Notes: generated by a model not told the origin, from the letters alone. A DNA stretch of 36,414 nucleotides from Nitrosomonadales bacterium (GCA_016218465.1 JACREA010000084.1:1-36414); one strand, 5' to 3'. Positions 1 through 8,871 are shown, counted from the stretch's first letter. Numbers and translations are program-made.

Positions 1-176
1 AAGCTTTTCCGGGTGCTTGCTCGGCACAATCTTACCTGGCGCTGGCCCAGAAATTGTTATTCCTGCCGGTGAACCGGAACGAGCAGGAAGACGGGATTAG
101 CCACATCATGCAAAGTCTGACCAGACAAGTTTATAACTATCGTGTCAATGCTGCGGAGAATATGCTTACGATGTAA
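1..176 (+). CDS. flhG: 3' end of FlhG/FleN-like MinD-family ATPase (partial, open at window start)
   Basis: Frame from position 3 reads AFPGACSAQSYLALAQKLLFLP...MLTM to TAA at 174-176. Resembles the FlhG C-terminus and lies directly before fliA. Confidence 0.6.
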   Translation, partial: AFPGACSAQSYLALAQKLLFLPVNRNEQEDGISHIMQSLTRQVYNYRVNAAENMLTM

Positions 177-186
177 ACTAAAACAT

Positions 187-897
187 ATGTATACGGCCAC
201 AGGATTAAACGACAAAGATCAATGTCTGCGGGAATATGCCCCGCTGGTAAAGCGGCTCGCGCATCAGATGATGACCAAGCTGCCCTACAGCGTGCAAATC
301 GACGATATTATTCAGGCTGGCATGATGGGTTTGCTGGATGCGGCAAGCCGCTACGACGAGTTTCACGGGGCGCAATTTGAAACATACGCAACGCAGCGCA
401 TACGCGGAGCTATGCTGGACGAACTGCGCGAAGCGGATTGGCTTCCGCGCAGCCTGCGCCGCGACATGAGGCGCATCGAGCTGGCCATCAGCCGCTTGCA
501 GCAGAAATTCGGCAGATCGCCGAACGAAACCGAAATCGCCGGAGAATTGGAGATACCTCTCGCCGAATATCAGCAAATGCTGCAGGAATCGCGTGGCGCG
601 CAATTGGTGTACTACGAAGATTTTCACGGCGAGGATCAGGATGACTTTTTCGAACGGTTTGAATTTGGCAAGGATGAAAATCCGATGGATTTGCTGGAAG
701 ACGAGCGGTTCAAGGCAGAATTGGTGCATGCGATCGAGAATTTGCCGGAGCGTGAGCGTATGGTGATGGGTATGATTTATGAGCAGGAAATGAATCTGCG
801 TGAAGTCGGCGAGGTGCTGGGTGTGAGCGAATCGCGCGTTTCCCAATTGCATAGCCAGGCCGTGGCGAGACTGCGCAGCCGGATAAAAGGCTATTGA
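187..897 (+). CDS. fliA: Flagellar sigma factor sigma-28
   Basis: YAPLVKRLA, DDIIQAGMMGLLDA, RIRGAMLDELR and EVGEVLGVSESRVSQLHSQA motifs. ATG at 187 preferred over the ORF-track start at 142. Confidence 0.97.
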   Translation: MYTATGLNDKDQCLREYAPLVKRLAHQMMTKLPYSVQIDDIIQAGMMGLLDAASRYDEFHGAQFETYATQRIRGAMLDELREADWLPRSLRRDMRRIELAISRLQQKFGRSPNETEIAGELEIPLAEYQQMLQESRGAQLVYYEDFHGEDQDDFFERFEFGKDENPMDLLEDERFKAELVHAIENLPERERMVMGMIYEQEMNLREVGEVLGVSESRVSQLHSQAVARLRSRIKGY

Positions 898-905
898 TGG
901 ACTAT

Positions 906-1010
906 CAGAAGACAGAGGACAAAGGACAGAAGACAGAAACGTTGTCGCGGCTATGCCGCGCTCTTGATATAGCGTGCTGTGCAGCGGTACACGACAATCT
1001 GTCTTCTGTC
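906..1010. repeat. Heptamer-armed palindromic element (CAGARGA family)
   Basis: (CAGAAGA/CAGAGGA/CAAAGGA) x4, then a spacer with a GCGGC-TAT-GCCGC mini-hairpin, then inverted TCTGTCTTCTGTC. Confidence 0.85.
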
Positions 1011-1023
1011 TCCGGCAGGCACA

Positions 1024-1764
1024 ATGGATAAGCTTACATTACTGGGTTTGGTGGTTGGCTTGACCGGCATCATGACCGGGCAGATTCTGGAAGGCGGTGG
1101 CGTATCCATCCTGTTTCAGGGCGCTGCATTCCTGATTGTGTTCGGCGGCACGCTGGGCGCGGTGATGGTGCAATGCCAGACCAAGGTGTTTTTCACGGCA
1201 ATCCAGATGGGACGTTGGGCATTTGCCACGCCAAAATTGCCCAATCGCGAGCTGATCAGACAATTGACAGACTGGAGCGCGCTGGCGCGCAAGGAGGGCC
1301 TGCTGGCTCTGGAAGGGCGCATGAGTTCTATCGGCGACCCTTTTTTGAGAAAGGGATTGCAACTGCTGGTTGATGGCAACAGTGCCGAAAAGATCCGCGA
1401 GGTGCTGGATGTGGATACTCATTCCTGGGAACAGTTGCGCTGGCAGTCGGCACGCGTATGGGAGGCGGCTGCCGGATATTCTCCCACCATCGGCATCATC
1501 GGGGCTGTGTTGGGCCTGATGCACGTCATGCAGAACCTTGCTGAACCCGGCAAGTTGGGCGGCGGCATCGCCGTGGCATTTGTCGCGACTATCTATGGCG
1601 TGGCCTTTGCCAATCTCCTGTTTCTGCCAATTGCGAACAAGCTCAAATCGATTATCATGCAGCAGGCCAACCTCCGTGAAATGGTTGTGGACGGATTGGT
1701 TGGCATTGCCAACGGGGATAACCCGAGGCTGATTGGAATCAAATTGCAGAGCTACCTCGAATGA
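1024..1764 (+). CDS. motC: Flagellar stator MotA-family protein (MotC type)
   Basis: MDKLTLLGL..., AAFLIVFGGTLGA, ARKEGLLALE, GYSPTIGIIGAVLGL and AFVATIYG motifs. Confidence 0.9.
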   Translation: MDKLTLLGLVVGLTGIMTGQILEGGGVSILFQGAAFLIVFGGTLGAVMVQCQTKVFFTAIQMGRWAFATPKLPNRELIRQLTDWSALARKEGLLALEGRMSSIGDPFLRKGLQLLVDGNSAEKIREVLDVDTHSWEQLRWQSARVWEAAAGYSPTIGIIGAVLGLMHVMQNLAEPGKLGGGIAVAFVATIYGVAFANLLFLPIANKLKSIIMQQANLREMVVDGLVGIANGDNPRLIGIKLQSYLE

Positions 1765-1767
1765 TGC

Positions 1768-1874
1768 CAGAAGACAGAGGACAGAAGACAGAGGACAGAG
1801 GTGCTGTCTGCTGCGCGGTGCTTTTTAATATGGGCGCGGCAAAGCCGCTCAACGCTCTGTCCTCTGTCTTCTGA
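1768..1874. repeat. Heptamer-armed palindromic element (CAGARGA family)
   Basis: (CAGAAGA CAGAGGA) x2 plus CAGAG, a spacer with GCGGC-AAA-GCCGC, then inverted CTCTGTCCTCTGTCTTCTG. Confidence 0.85.
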
Positions 1875-1876
1875 TC

Positions 1877-2644
1877 ATGGCGCGGCGCAGCAAACGTTTC
1901 GAGCATGACAATCACGATCGCTGGCTGATTTCGTATGCCGACTTTGTTACTTTGCTGTTCGCCTTTTTTGTGGTGATGTACTCGATCTCATCGGTGAATG
2001 AAATTAAGTATAAAACCTTCAGCGATTCGCTGAGCATCGCTTTTACCAGCAAAGCCAAGGCCAGACCGACCAACGACACCATAGTGCCAAACGAGCAGGA
2101 GCAATTGCTCAAGGCTCTGGTGGACAAGCGCACGGCGCGCCTGGGAGAACAGCAGCGCAAGTTACAGGATCGCATGAAGAATCTGGCCAATGGGCTGAGC
2201 AAGGTGATGTCCCCGTTGATCGATCAACATCTGGTCAGTATTAATCCGACTAGGCGCGGAGTGGTGCTCGATATCAGTGCGAGTTCATTGTTCAAAACCG
2301 GCGAGGCGGTATTGCAGCCGGGTTCGCTGGAGGTGCTGCGCGAAGTATCCGCGGTGTTGAGCAAGGAAGAATTGCCTATCGAGGTGGAAGGACATACTGA
2401 CGATATCCCGATCATGACTGCTCAGTTCCCTTCCAATTGGGAGCTGTCTTCTGCGCGCGCCAGCAGTGTGGTGAGAATGCTGATTGCGAACGGCGTGCCG
2501 GAAAAACATCTGTCTGTAGTTGGTCTGGCCTCGAACCAGCCACTGGTGCCGAATGATAGCCCGGAAAACCGGGCCAGGAACAGGCGTGTGAGTATCACGA
2601 TAGTGTCGCCCAATATTGAACGGGGAATGAGGGCTGAGGACTGA
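1877..2644 (+). CDS. motD: Flagellar stator MotB-family protein (MotD type)
   Basis: RWLISYADFVTLLFAFFVVMY transmembrane motif and OmpA-like domain (EGHTD, NWELSSARA, NRRV). Confidence 0.9.
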   Translation: MARRSKRFEHDNHDRWLISYADFVTLLFAFFVVMYSISSVNEIKYKTFSDSLSIAFTSKAKARPTNDTIVPNEQEQLLKALVDKRTARLGEQQRKLQDRMKNLANGLSKVMSPLIDQHLVSINPTRRGVVLDISASSLFKTGEAVLQPGSLEVLREVSAVLSKEELPIEVEGHTDDIPIMTAQFPSNWELSSARASSVVRMLIANGVPEKHLSVVGLASNQPLVPNDSPENRARNRRVSITIVSPNIERGMRAED

Positions 2645-2706
2645 AGTGCGAGTAAAACTGCCGCTCAGCTTTTACTCAGTCCTCAGCCCTCGCACCTTAG
2701 CCCTCT
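2629..2706. repeat. Heptamer-armed palindrome (CTGAGGR family); probable bidirectional terminator between convergent motD and flgN
   Basis: Perfect 16-bp inverted repeat GAGGGCTGAGGACTGA (2629-2644) / TCAGTCCTCAGCCCTC (2676-2691), plus further degenerate heptamers. Confidence 0.8.
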
Positions 2707-2707
2707 G

Positions 2708-3184
2708 TTACCCGCTCCCCAGCGATCTGCCGCTGCCCGGTGAAAAACTGGGTTGTCCGTCGGGGCCGTAAAGGTTTGCCTTGTTTACCGCGCTGCTTAA
2801 AACAGCAAGAGATTGCTGGTTGTGCCGCAGCTTCAACTGAATCAGTTCGCCATTGGTGCGGTTAAGCTGTTGAGAGCGTTTTGCCAAGGCGAGAATTTCC
2901 TGCCAAACAGCCAAACCTTCAGGGCTGTGTGCGCGCATCCACGCGATAACCGCATTTGCGCCAGATTGCGGAAGACTTTTCTCCATTAAGCTTCGACGCG
3001 CTTCGGCGAGTTCGTTAAGGCTGAGCGCGTCAGTTGTTTTTTTCCCGGATAGTTCAAGCAACTGATCGGTGCGGTTTTCCACCAGCATTCTCTGCTCATG
3101 TTCCAACAGGGCCACAAAGTTCACGAGCGCCCCGCGCTCGGCGGTCAAAGCGGCGCTTAACCCGGTGATGCGATTCTGATTCAA
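2708..3184 (-). CDS. flgN: Flagellar export chaperone FlgN
   Basis: Helical 158 aa protein with QQLNRTNGELI and LYGPDG motifs, downstream of flgM. TTG start. Confidence 0.88.
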   Translation of the reverse strand: MNQNRITGLSAALTAERGALVNFVALLEHEQRMLVENRTDQLLELSGKKTTDALSLNELAEARRSLMEKSLPQSGANAVIAWMRAHSPEGLAVWQEILALAKRSQQLNRTNGELIQLKLRHNQQSLAVLSSAVNKANLYGPDGQPSFSPGSGRSLGSG

Positions 3185-3202
3185 TTAAGGGAACCTCCAA
3201 TG

Positions 3203-3363
3203 ATCCTGAGAACGGCTATTAGCCATAGATGAGCACTGATATTAGCACTGGTAAAACAATGTATTGCTTAAAGCCCGCTATTCACCAGAAATGTGGCGCA
3301 GATGAGAAAGGCAATTCATTGATAGTCCGTGCATATCCGTGGCTGAACTGCATTTTACAGGGT
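3203..3363. repeat. Degenerate inverted-repeat element (CACGGAT-type arms) in the flgM-flgN gap
   Basis: AGCCATAGATGAGCACTGA (3221-3239) matches the reverse complement of TCCGTGCATATCCGTGGCT (3326-3344) at 14/19. Confidence 0.5.
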
Positions 3364-3469
3364 GACATGTGATGCAAGCTTCAGCCCGATTCCGGCTATT
3401 CGATTTAGCCGGATTCCCGTCTTCACCAAAGGCAGGCAATTCACTCCGGGTTGCCGGGTATAATAAGCT

Positions 3470-3787
3470 CTAAGCCCTGTTATCGATCAAGTCGCGCACC
3501 GTTTCAAGCAGGCGATCGGCGACGACTTCCGGGTTGACCTTGAAGCGGCCATTACTGATGGCTTGTTTGATTTCCGCCACTTTGGCAGCATCGGCAACGG
3601 GGATGTTTGCCATGCTGCTTTCCATGCTTTGCAACTGTGCTGCTGTGGAGCCGAGCGAAACGCTGGTGCTTCCGGGTTGTTGTGGGGCAGTGGGTGTGCC
3701 CGGTTTGCTTTTTCTGCCGGTAGCGCGTGCCGCCGCCTCGCCTATTGGATAGGTGGGCAGTTGTTTGCCGGGTTTGTCAATTTTCAC
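3470..3787 (-). CDS. flgM: Anti-sigma-28 factor FlgM
   Basis: MKID start and DAAKVAEIKQAISNGRFKVNPEVVADRLL motif. Confidence 0.95.
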   Translation of the reverse strand: MKIDKPGKQLPTYPIGEAAARATGRKSKPGTPTAPQQPGSTSVSLGSTAAQLQSMESSMANIPVADAAKVAEIKQAISNGRFKVNPEVVADRLLETVRDLIDNRA

Positions 3788-3834
3788 GGTTATCCTCTCA
3801 ATCTGACAGTGTTTAAATTCCTGCCGTTGACTTT

Positions 3835-3861
3835 ATATCGGTAAAATCCCGGGAAACTTTA
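3835..3861 (-). promoter_or_regulatory. Sigma-28 promoter of flgM
   Basis: Minus strand TAAA-gtttcccgggatttt (15 nt)-ACCGATAT versus consensus TAAA-N15-GCCGATAA. Confidence 0.8.
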
Positions 3862-3928
3862 GGGTGGTCAGGTGTCTTTATAGCGCAAGCGGCTAATGAG
3901 CGCAATCCCGAGATTCTCTGGAGGTTCC

Positions 3929-4627
3929 CTATAATCCGATTTCCACCACGCCGCCAGCGCGCGCAACCCCGCTAGTCACGCGGCCTGAACCGACGCGAAC
4001 TTGCACGGTTTGCCCATCACTCGCATTGTTCAAGGCGACTCCCTCGCTGCGAATGCCGAAGCCATTGCCTTGCACGGCAAGTTGCACGGCCTGCCCCTGT
4101 GTCACGCTGTAGGGCGGGCGCAGCATGTCTTCGCGCAATATTTGCCCTGCGGTGATGCTGTAGCGAAGCACTTTCCCGATTACTTGTTTCGGGTCGGAGA
4201 ATCCCATCGCACGGGAAGTCTCGGTCACATGGCTGGAGACGTCCTGCTCTTGCAGCGTATGCCCCAGCGGCAACTGGCATGCACTGACCAATAAATTGAG
4301 GCTGATCCTGATCTGCACCGGAACGAAAATGCTCCAACCATTCGCTTCATTGCAGCGTACCCCGATGGCAGTTTTTCCAATTATCTGGCTACCGGCCGGC
4401 AGAAATGCTTCGAGCCTGGCGCACTCGGGCAGCGTGATGCGCCGGTCTATTTCCTCTACTTTATAGACGGCCTTGCCGGGCAGTGCGGCGGTTTGTTGCC
4501 GCACAAAGGCGGTGACAACATTCCTTATCTGTGTGTGGTCTTGCGGAGCGGCCGATGCAACTGCGCATTCCAGCAACAAACCAACGGTCATGGCAGCAAT
4601 GCCGCCCCTGATGATGAAACCTGCCAT
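3929..4627 (-). CDS. flgA: P-ring formation chaperone FlgA (ORF extends in frame to 4741/4750 through a repeat)
   Basis: Signal-like N-terminus, GVRC..GWSIFVPV, SAF domain and SEGVALNNA..GQTVQVR. Divergent from flgB. Start codon uncertain. Confidence 0.92.
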   Translation of the reverse strand: MAGFIIRGGIAAMTVGLLLECAVASAAPQDHTQIRNVVTAFVRQQTAALPGKAVYKVEEIDRRITLPECARLEAFLPAGSQIIGKTAIGVRCNEANGWSIFVPVQIRISLNLLVSACQLPLGHTLQEQDVSSHVTETSRAMGFSDPKQVIGKVLRYSITAGQILREDMLRPPYSVTQGQAVQLAVQGNGFGIRSEGVALNNASDGQTVQVRVGSGRVTSGVARAGGVVEIGL

Positions 4628-4720
4628 GCCCGTTTCCCTCACATCCCGCGACACGTTACTGGCGAAGCCAGCCGTTTGCGGGAGCGGGTGAACGAATCGC
4701 TGCGCGAGTTTCACGTTAAC
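4628..4720 (+). repeat. CCCTCTCCC-family palindromic element, GTTAAC-tailed subtype (A1), degenerate
   Basis: GCCCGTTTCCCTC...CCCGC...GCGGGAGCGGGTG-AACGAATCGCTGCGCGAGTTTCACGTTAAC. The tail is nearly identical to 16490-16519. Confidence 0.8.
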
Positions 4721-4910
4721 GAATGAAAATAGTTTTTTCATGAGGTGCATTGTGCGTGTTGCGTGCCCTTAATGGAAGGGGGTAGATAAGCTGGAATTGA
4801 GGCAGAAAATTGCCGCTTATCAGTAGATAGTGGATGAGCGTGTGGATTTAGCATGCCGTCCATGTCAGCAGGTTTGTGGATGGATTGTTGAAGTTGAACG
4901 GGAGGGAAAG

Positions 4911-5315
4911 ATGGTCAACAAATTGGACGATGCACTGCGATTTCAGCAAACCGCGCTAAGTCTGCGCGCGGCGCGTCAGGAGCTGCTGGCTTCCAACATC
5001 GCAAATGCGGACACGCCCAACTATAAGGCAAGAGACGTCAACTTTGCCAGTGCGTTGCAGAATGCATTGGCTGGCACATCTACGCAGTTGCCGGTCGCGC
5101 AAACCTCGCCCATGCACTTGGAGGGTAACACAGGGGGAACTATCCTGGGAATGCCAGTGATGTACCGCAAACCGGTACAGCCAAGCGCGGACGGAAACAC
5201 GGTGGATATGGATGTGGAGCGCGCGCAATTTGCCGATAACGCGCTACGCTACGAAGCGAGTGTGAAGTTCATCAGTGATGACATCAAGGAATTGATGCAG
5301 GCCATACAGGGGTAG
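4911..5315 (+). CDS. flgB: Basal-body rod protein FlgB
   Basis: RQELLASNIANADTPNYKARD and DGNTVDMDVE motifs. Confidence 0.97.
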   Translation: MVNKLDDALRFQQTALSLRAARQELLASNIANADTPNYKARDVNFASALQNALAGTSTQLPVAQTSPMHLEGNTGGTILGMPVMYRKPVQPSADGNTVDMDVERAQFADNALRYEASVKFISDDIKELMQAIQG

Positions 5316-5318
5316 ATC

Positions 5319-5723
5319 ATGTCTCTATTCAATATTTTTAATGTGGCGGGTTCGGGGATGGCGGCGCAGTCGCAACGTCTGAACGTGGTGGCCAGCAATC
5401 TGGCCAATGCGGATAGCACGACCGGCGCCAATGGACAGCCGTATCACGCCAAACAGGTGGTATTCAGCGCGGCGCCGGTGGATGGCAGCAGCGCCCAGGG
5501 TGTGAAAGTGACGGCGGTGGTTGAGGATAACTCACCGATGAAGATGATCTATGACCCCAAGCATCCGATGGCCGACGCGCAGGGTTATGTTGCGATGCCT
5601 AATGTGAATGTGGTGGATGAGATGGTAAACATGATTTCGGCATCACGCGCCTATCAAAACAATGTGGAGGTGATGAACACCTCGAAAACTTTGTTGTTAA
5701 AGACGCTGACCATAGGCCAGTAG
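5319..5723 (+). CDS. flgC: Basal-body rod protein FlgC
   Basis: [23 protein letters not shown] and [20 protein letters not shown] motifs. Confidence 0.97.
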   Translation: MSLFNIFNVAGSGMAAQSQRLNVVASNLANADSTTGANGQPYHAKQVVFSAAPVDGSSAQGVKVTAVVEDNSPMKMIYDPKHPMADAQGYVAMPNVNVVDEMVNMISASRAYQNNVEVMNTSKTLLLKTLTIGQ

Positions 5724-5743
5724 TAAATTGAGGAGAATTTTTC

Positions 5744-6421
5744 ATGATTAATGCCACGCAAAACACCAGCGCTGCAGCGCTGTTTGCTTCGCAGAATGGA
5801 AGCGCCAGCGCTGCCATCACTGCTAATTCAGCAGCCGCTACACAGGATCGCTTCTTGAAACTGCTGGTCACACAAATGAAGAATCAGGATCCGCTCAATC
5901 CGATGGACAACGCGCAAGTAACTTCGCAGATGGCGCAGCTCAGCACGGTGACGGGGATCGACAAACTGAACGTCACCTTGCAAGCCCTGAGTGACAGCAT
6001 GCTCTCCAATCAGTCGCTACAAGCAGCCAGCATGATTGGCCATGGCGTGCTGGTACCGGGTAATGGTGTTGATTTGTCCAACAGCGCCGGCTATGGCGGC
6101 TTTGAATTGACCCAGCCCGCAGATAGCTCACGGGTGTCGATTTACGATCAGGCGGGAACGTTGGTGCGCAGTATCGATCTGGAGGCGCAGCCTGCCGGTA
6201 TCGCCAAGTGGGCATGGGATGGTTTGAATAGCAGTGGCGCAAAGGTGGCGGATGGCAGTTATACGTTTACCGTGAATGCGGCACAGGGTGGAAATAATGT
6301 GGCGGCGACCAGCTTGCAATTCGGCATGGTAAACAGCGTTACCCAGGGCGCGCAAGGTGTGATGTTGAGTGTCGGGCAGTTGGAAGGTATCGCGTTGTCG
6401 CAGGTCAGGCAAATTCTTTAA
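5744..6421 (+). CDS. flgD: Hook cap protein FlgD
   Basis: FLKLLVTQMKNQDPLNPMD and WDGLNSSG motifs. Confidence 0.97.
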   Translation: MINATQNTSAAALFASQNGSASAAITANSAAATQDRFLKLLVTQMKNQDPLNPMDNAQVTSQMAQLSTVTGIDKLNVTLQALSDSMLSNQSLQAASMIGHGVLVPGNGVDLSNSAGYGGFELTQPADSSRVSIYDQAGTLVRSIDLEAQPAGIAKWAWDGLNSSGAKVADGSYTFTVNAAQGGNNVAATSLQFGMVNSVTQGAQGVMLSVGQLEGIALSQVRQIL

Positions 6422-6546
6422 CCCGGAGTTGATGTTGAACAAAAAAGATTTATGTGGACATCCAGCGATGTCATTTTATTAATACCCGCAAGGGGTACGC
6501 CGCCAGATACTCGACCTTTGGCCGGTCTTGGCGCAGGGAGAAGATC

Positions 6547-7992
6547 ATGAGTTTTCAGCAAGGTTTAAGCGGTCTAAATTCATCAGCTAAACAACTGGAC
6601 GTGATAGGCAATAATGTGGCGAATGCCGGCACGGTCGGTTTCAAGGAATCTCAGGCACAATTTGCCGACATGTATGCCGCCTCTCTTTCTGGTAGTGGCG
6701 CAGTTCAGGTAGGTACAGGTAGCAAGGTATCGGCGGTTGCTCAACAATTCACTCAGGGGAATATCACCAATACCAGCAACCCAATGGATACGGCGATCAG
6801 CGGACAAGGTTTTTTCCGCATGATCGATCAGAACGGCGCCATTTTGTATAGCCGCAACGGGCAGTTCCAAATGGATAAAAATGGCTTTATCGTTAACAAC
6901 CAGGGGCACAAAGTGTCCGGTTATCTGCCCAATGCGGCGGGAACGATCATTCCCGGGCAACCATTGCCGTTACAGATCAATTACGCTGATTTGGCCCCAC
7001 AGCAGACGGCCAATATTGTAGTTGGCGCAAATCTTGATTCGCGCGCTGGAACGCCGGCAAACCCGGTTTTCAGCCCGACTGATCCGACTTCTTACAATAG
7101 TTCGACTTCGATGACAGTGTATGACAGCCTGGGCGCCAGCCATATCGGATCGCTGTATTTCCAGAGGGTGCCTGTCGCTACTGTTGGTAATGGTTCATTT
7201 GCCGCTGCATCGACCACCATGACGGTAGGTTCAACGTCCGACCTGGCTGTGGGTAACACGGTTACGTTGGCCGGAGTGACTTATACGATCACTGCCGTTG
7301 TCAACGGTACCACACTGACCGTCTCACCAGCTTCTGCTGGAGCTGTTGCTGCTGCTCCAGCCACTACCAACGCAGGATCTGCCAACTGGAATACTTACCT
7401 GACGGTGGATGGGGTGCCGGTGCCAGCCGCTGCAACTCCGCTTACTCAGCTTACCTTTAATACCTTGGGGCAACTGGTTTCTACCACACCTGCGTCCGTT
7501 CCGGCCGGAACGATGTCATCAGCAGCCTTCACCCCGACCGGAGCTGCCGCCCAGACGCTTTCTTTTAATTTTGCCAGCACTTCCCAATACGGAGGCAATT
7601 TTGGTGTGAATAGCCTGACTCAGGATGGCTATTCCTCCGGTCGCCTGAGCAAGTTCACTAGCAGCGCCGACGGAACGATACTGGGGAATTATTCCAACGG
7701 TCAGTCGCGTGCTTTGGGGCAGGTGCTGCTGGCGAATTTTACCAACCCGCAGGGTTTGCAGCCGCTGGGCAACAATGAGTGGGTGGAAAGCGCAGCATCC
7801 GGCGGCCCGCTGGTTGGCACGCCTGGGTCGAGTTCTTTGGGAGTGTTGCAATCTTCGGCTGTAGAAGACTCGAATGTGGACCTGACCGCCGAGCTGGTGA
7901 ACATGATTACCGCGCAGCGCGTTTATCAGGCCAACGCGCAGACTATCAAGGCACAGGATCAGGTGCTGCAAACATTGGTGAACTTGCGTTAA
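6547..7992 (+). CDS. flgE: Hook protein FlgE
   Basis: MSFQQGLSGL...LDVIGNNVANAGTVGFK and SNVDLTAELVNMITAQRVYQANAQ. Confidence 0.97.
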   Translation: MSFQQGLSGLNSSAKQLDVIGNNVANAGTVGFKESQAQFADMYAASLSGSGAVQVGTGSKVSAVAQQFTQGNITNTSNPMDTAISGQGFFRMIDQNGAILYSRNGQFQMDKNGFIVNNQGHKVSGYLPNAAGTIIPGQPLPLQINYADLAPQQTANIVVGANLDSRAGTPANPVFSPTDPTSYNSSTSMTVYDSLGASHIGSLYFQRVPVATVGNGSFAAASTTMTVGSTSDLAVGNTVTLAGVTYTITAVVNGTTLTVSPASAGAVAAAPATTNAGSANWNTYLTVDGVPVPAAATPLTQLTFNTLGQLVSTTPASVPAGTMSSAAFTPTGAAAQTLSFNFASTSQYGGNFGVNSLTQDGYSSGRLSKFTSSADGTILGNYSNGQSRALGQVLLANFTNPQGLQPLGNNEWVESAASGGPLVGTPGSSSLGVLQSSAVEDSNVDLTAELVNMITAQRVYQANAQTIKAQDQVLQTLVNLR

Positions 7993-8034
7993 CCGAAGCG
8001 GCAAGGTTGATGCCTGAAATGCCAGGAGGGTGAT

Positions 8035-8775
8035 ATGGATAGATTGATTTACACCGCGATGACCGGAGCTTCGCACGTACTGCAGCAACAGGCAGCGGTG
8101 GCGGAAAATCTGGCGAATGCCAGCACACCCGGATTCCGCGCTGCATTGAACACCTTTCGCGCCGTTCCGCTGGTGGGTGAAGGTTTGCCGACCCGCACGT
8201 TCGTGGTGGATTCTACTGCCGGTGCGGATTTTACGCCGGGCATTATTCAGCAAACTGGCCGCAGCCTCGATGTGGCAATAAATGGTGCGGGCTGGATTGC
8301 GGTGCAGGGTGCCGATGGCAAGGAAGCGTACACGCGCAACGGCAGTTTTCAGATCACGCCGAACGGTGTGCTGCAAACCCGCACCGGTTTGAATGTGATG
8401 GGCGATGCCGGTCCGATTACCATTCCACCCGATACCGAGGTGACGTTTGCCAATGATGGCACGATTTCAACCGTTCCAAGCGGAGGCCAGGCCACTTCGG
8501 TAATTGTGGCGGGCAGGTTGAAGCTGGTCAATCCGCCTCACGAACAACTGGAGCGCGGCGGCGATGGCTTGTTCCGCTTGAAGGATGGTGCGACCGCCAA
8601 TGCCGATGCAAATGTTAGCGTAGTAGCCGGTAGCCAGGAAGGTAGTAATGTCAACACCGTGGAAGCGATGGTTAACATGATTTCGCTGGCACGCAAGTTC
8701 GACATGCAGATGAAAATGTTGCAAAACGCGGATAGCAACGCACGGCAGGCCAGTTCAATAATGAACATTTCTTGA
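8035..8775 (+). CDS. flgF: Basal-body rod protein FlgF
   Basis: MDRLIYTAMTGA and NLANASTPGFRA motifs. Confidence 0.97.
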   Translation: MDRLIYTAMTGASHVLQQQAAVAENLANASTPGFRAALNTFRAVPLVGEGLPTRTFVVDSTAGADFTPGIIQQTGRSLDVAINGAGWIAVQGADGKEAYTRNGSFQITPNGVLQTRTGLNVMGDAGPITIPPDTEVTFANDGTISTVPSGGQATSVIVAGRLKLVNPPHEQLERGGDGLFRLKDGATANADANVSVVAGSQEGSNVNTVEAMVNMISLARKFDMQMKMLQNADSNARQASSIMNIS

Positions 8776-8779
8776 GGCG

Positions 8780-8853
8780 GTCGCTAGTCGTTAGTTAAAC
8801 AAAAAAACCGCACAGCGGACAATACTAACTAACGACTAGCGACTAACGACTAA
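8780..8853. repeat. Heptamer-armed palindrome (TAGTCGT/ACGACTA family)
   Basis: Perfect 18-bp inverted repeat GTCGCTAGTCGTTAGTTA (8780-8797) / TAACTAACGACTAGCGAC (8826-8843), with internal CCGC-ACA-GCGG. Confidence 0.85.
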
Positions 8854-8871
8854 ACTGAAAGGAAAGAAATC

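Noticed and set aside
979-1023. N-terminal extensions in the ORF track for motC, and likewise fliA, flgB, flgE, flgH, flgJ, fliR, fliM, fliK and fliI
   Set aside because: They run into repeats or upstream genes. The downstream starts match the family N-termini.
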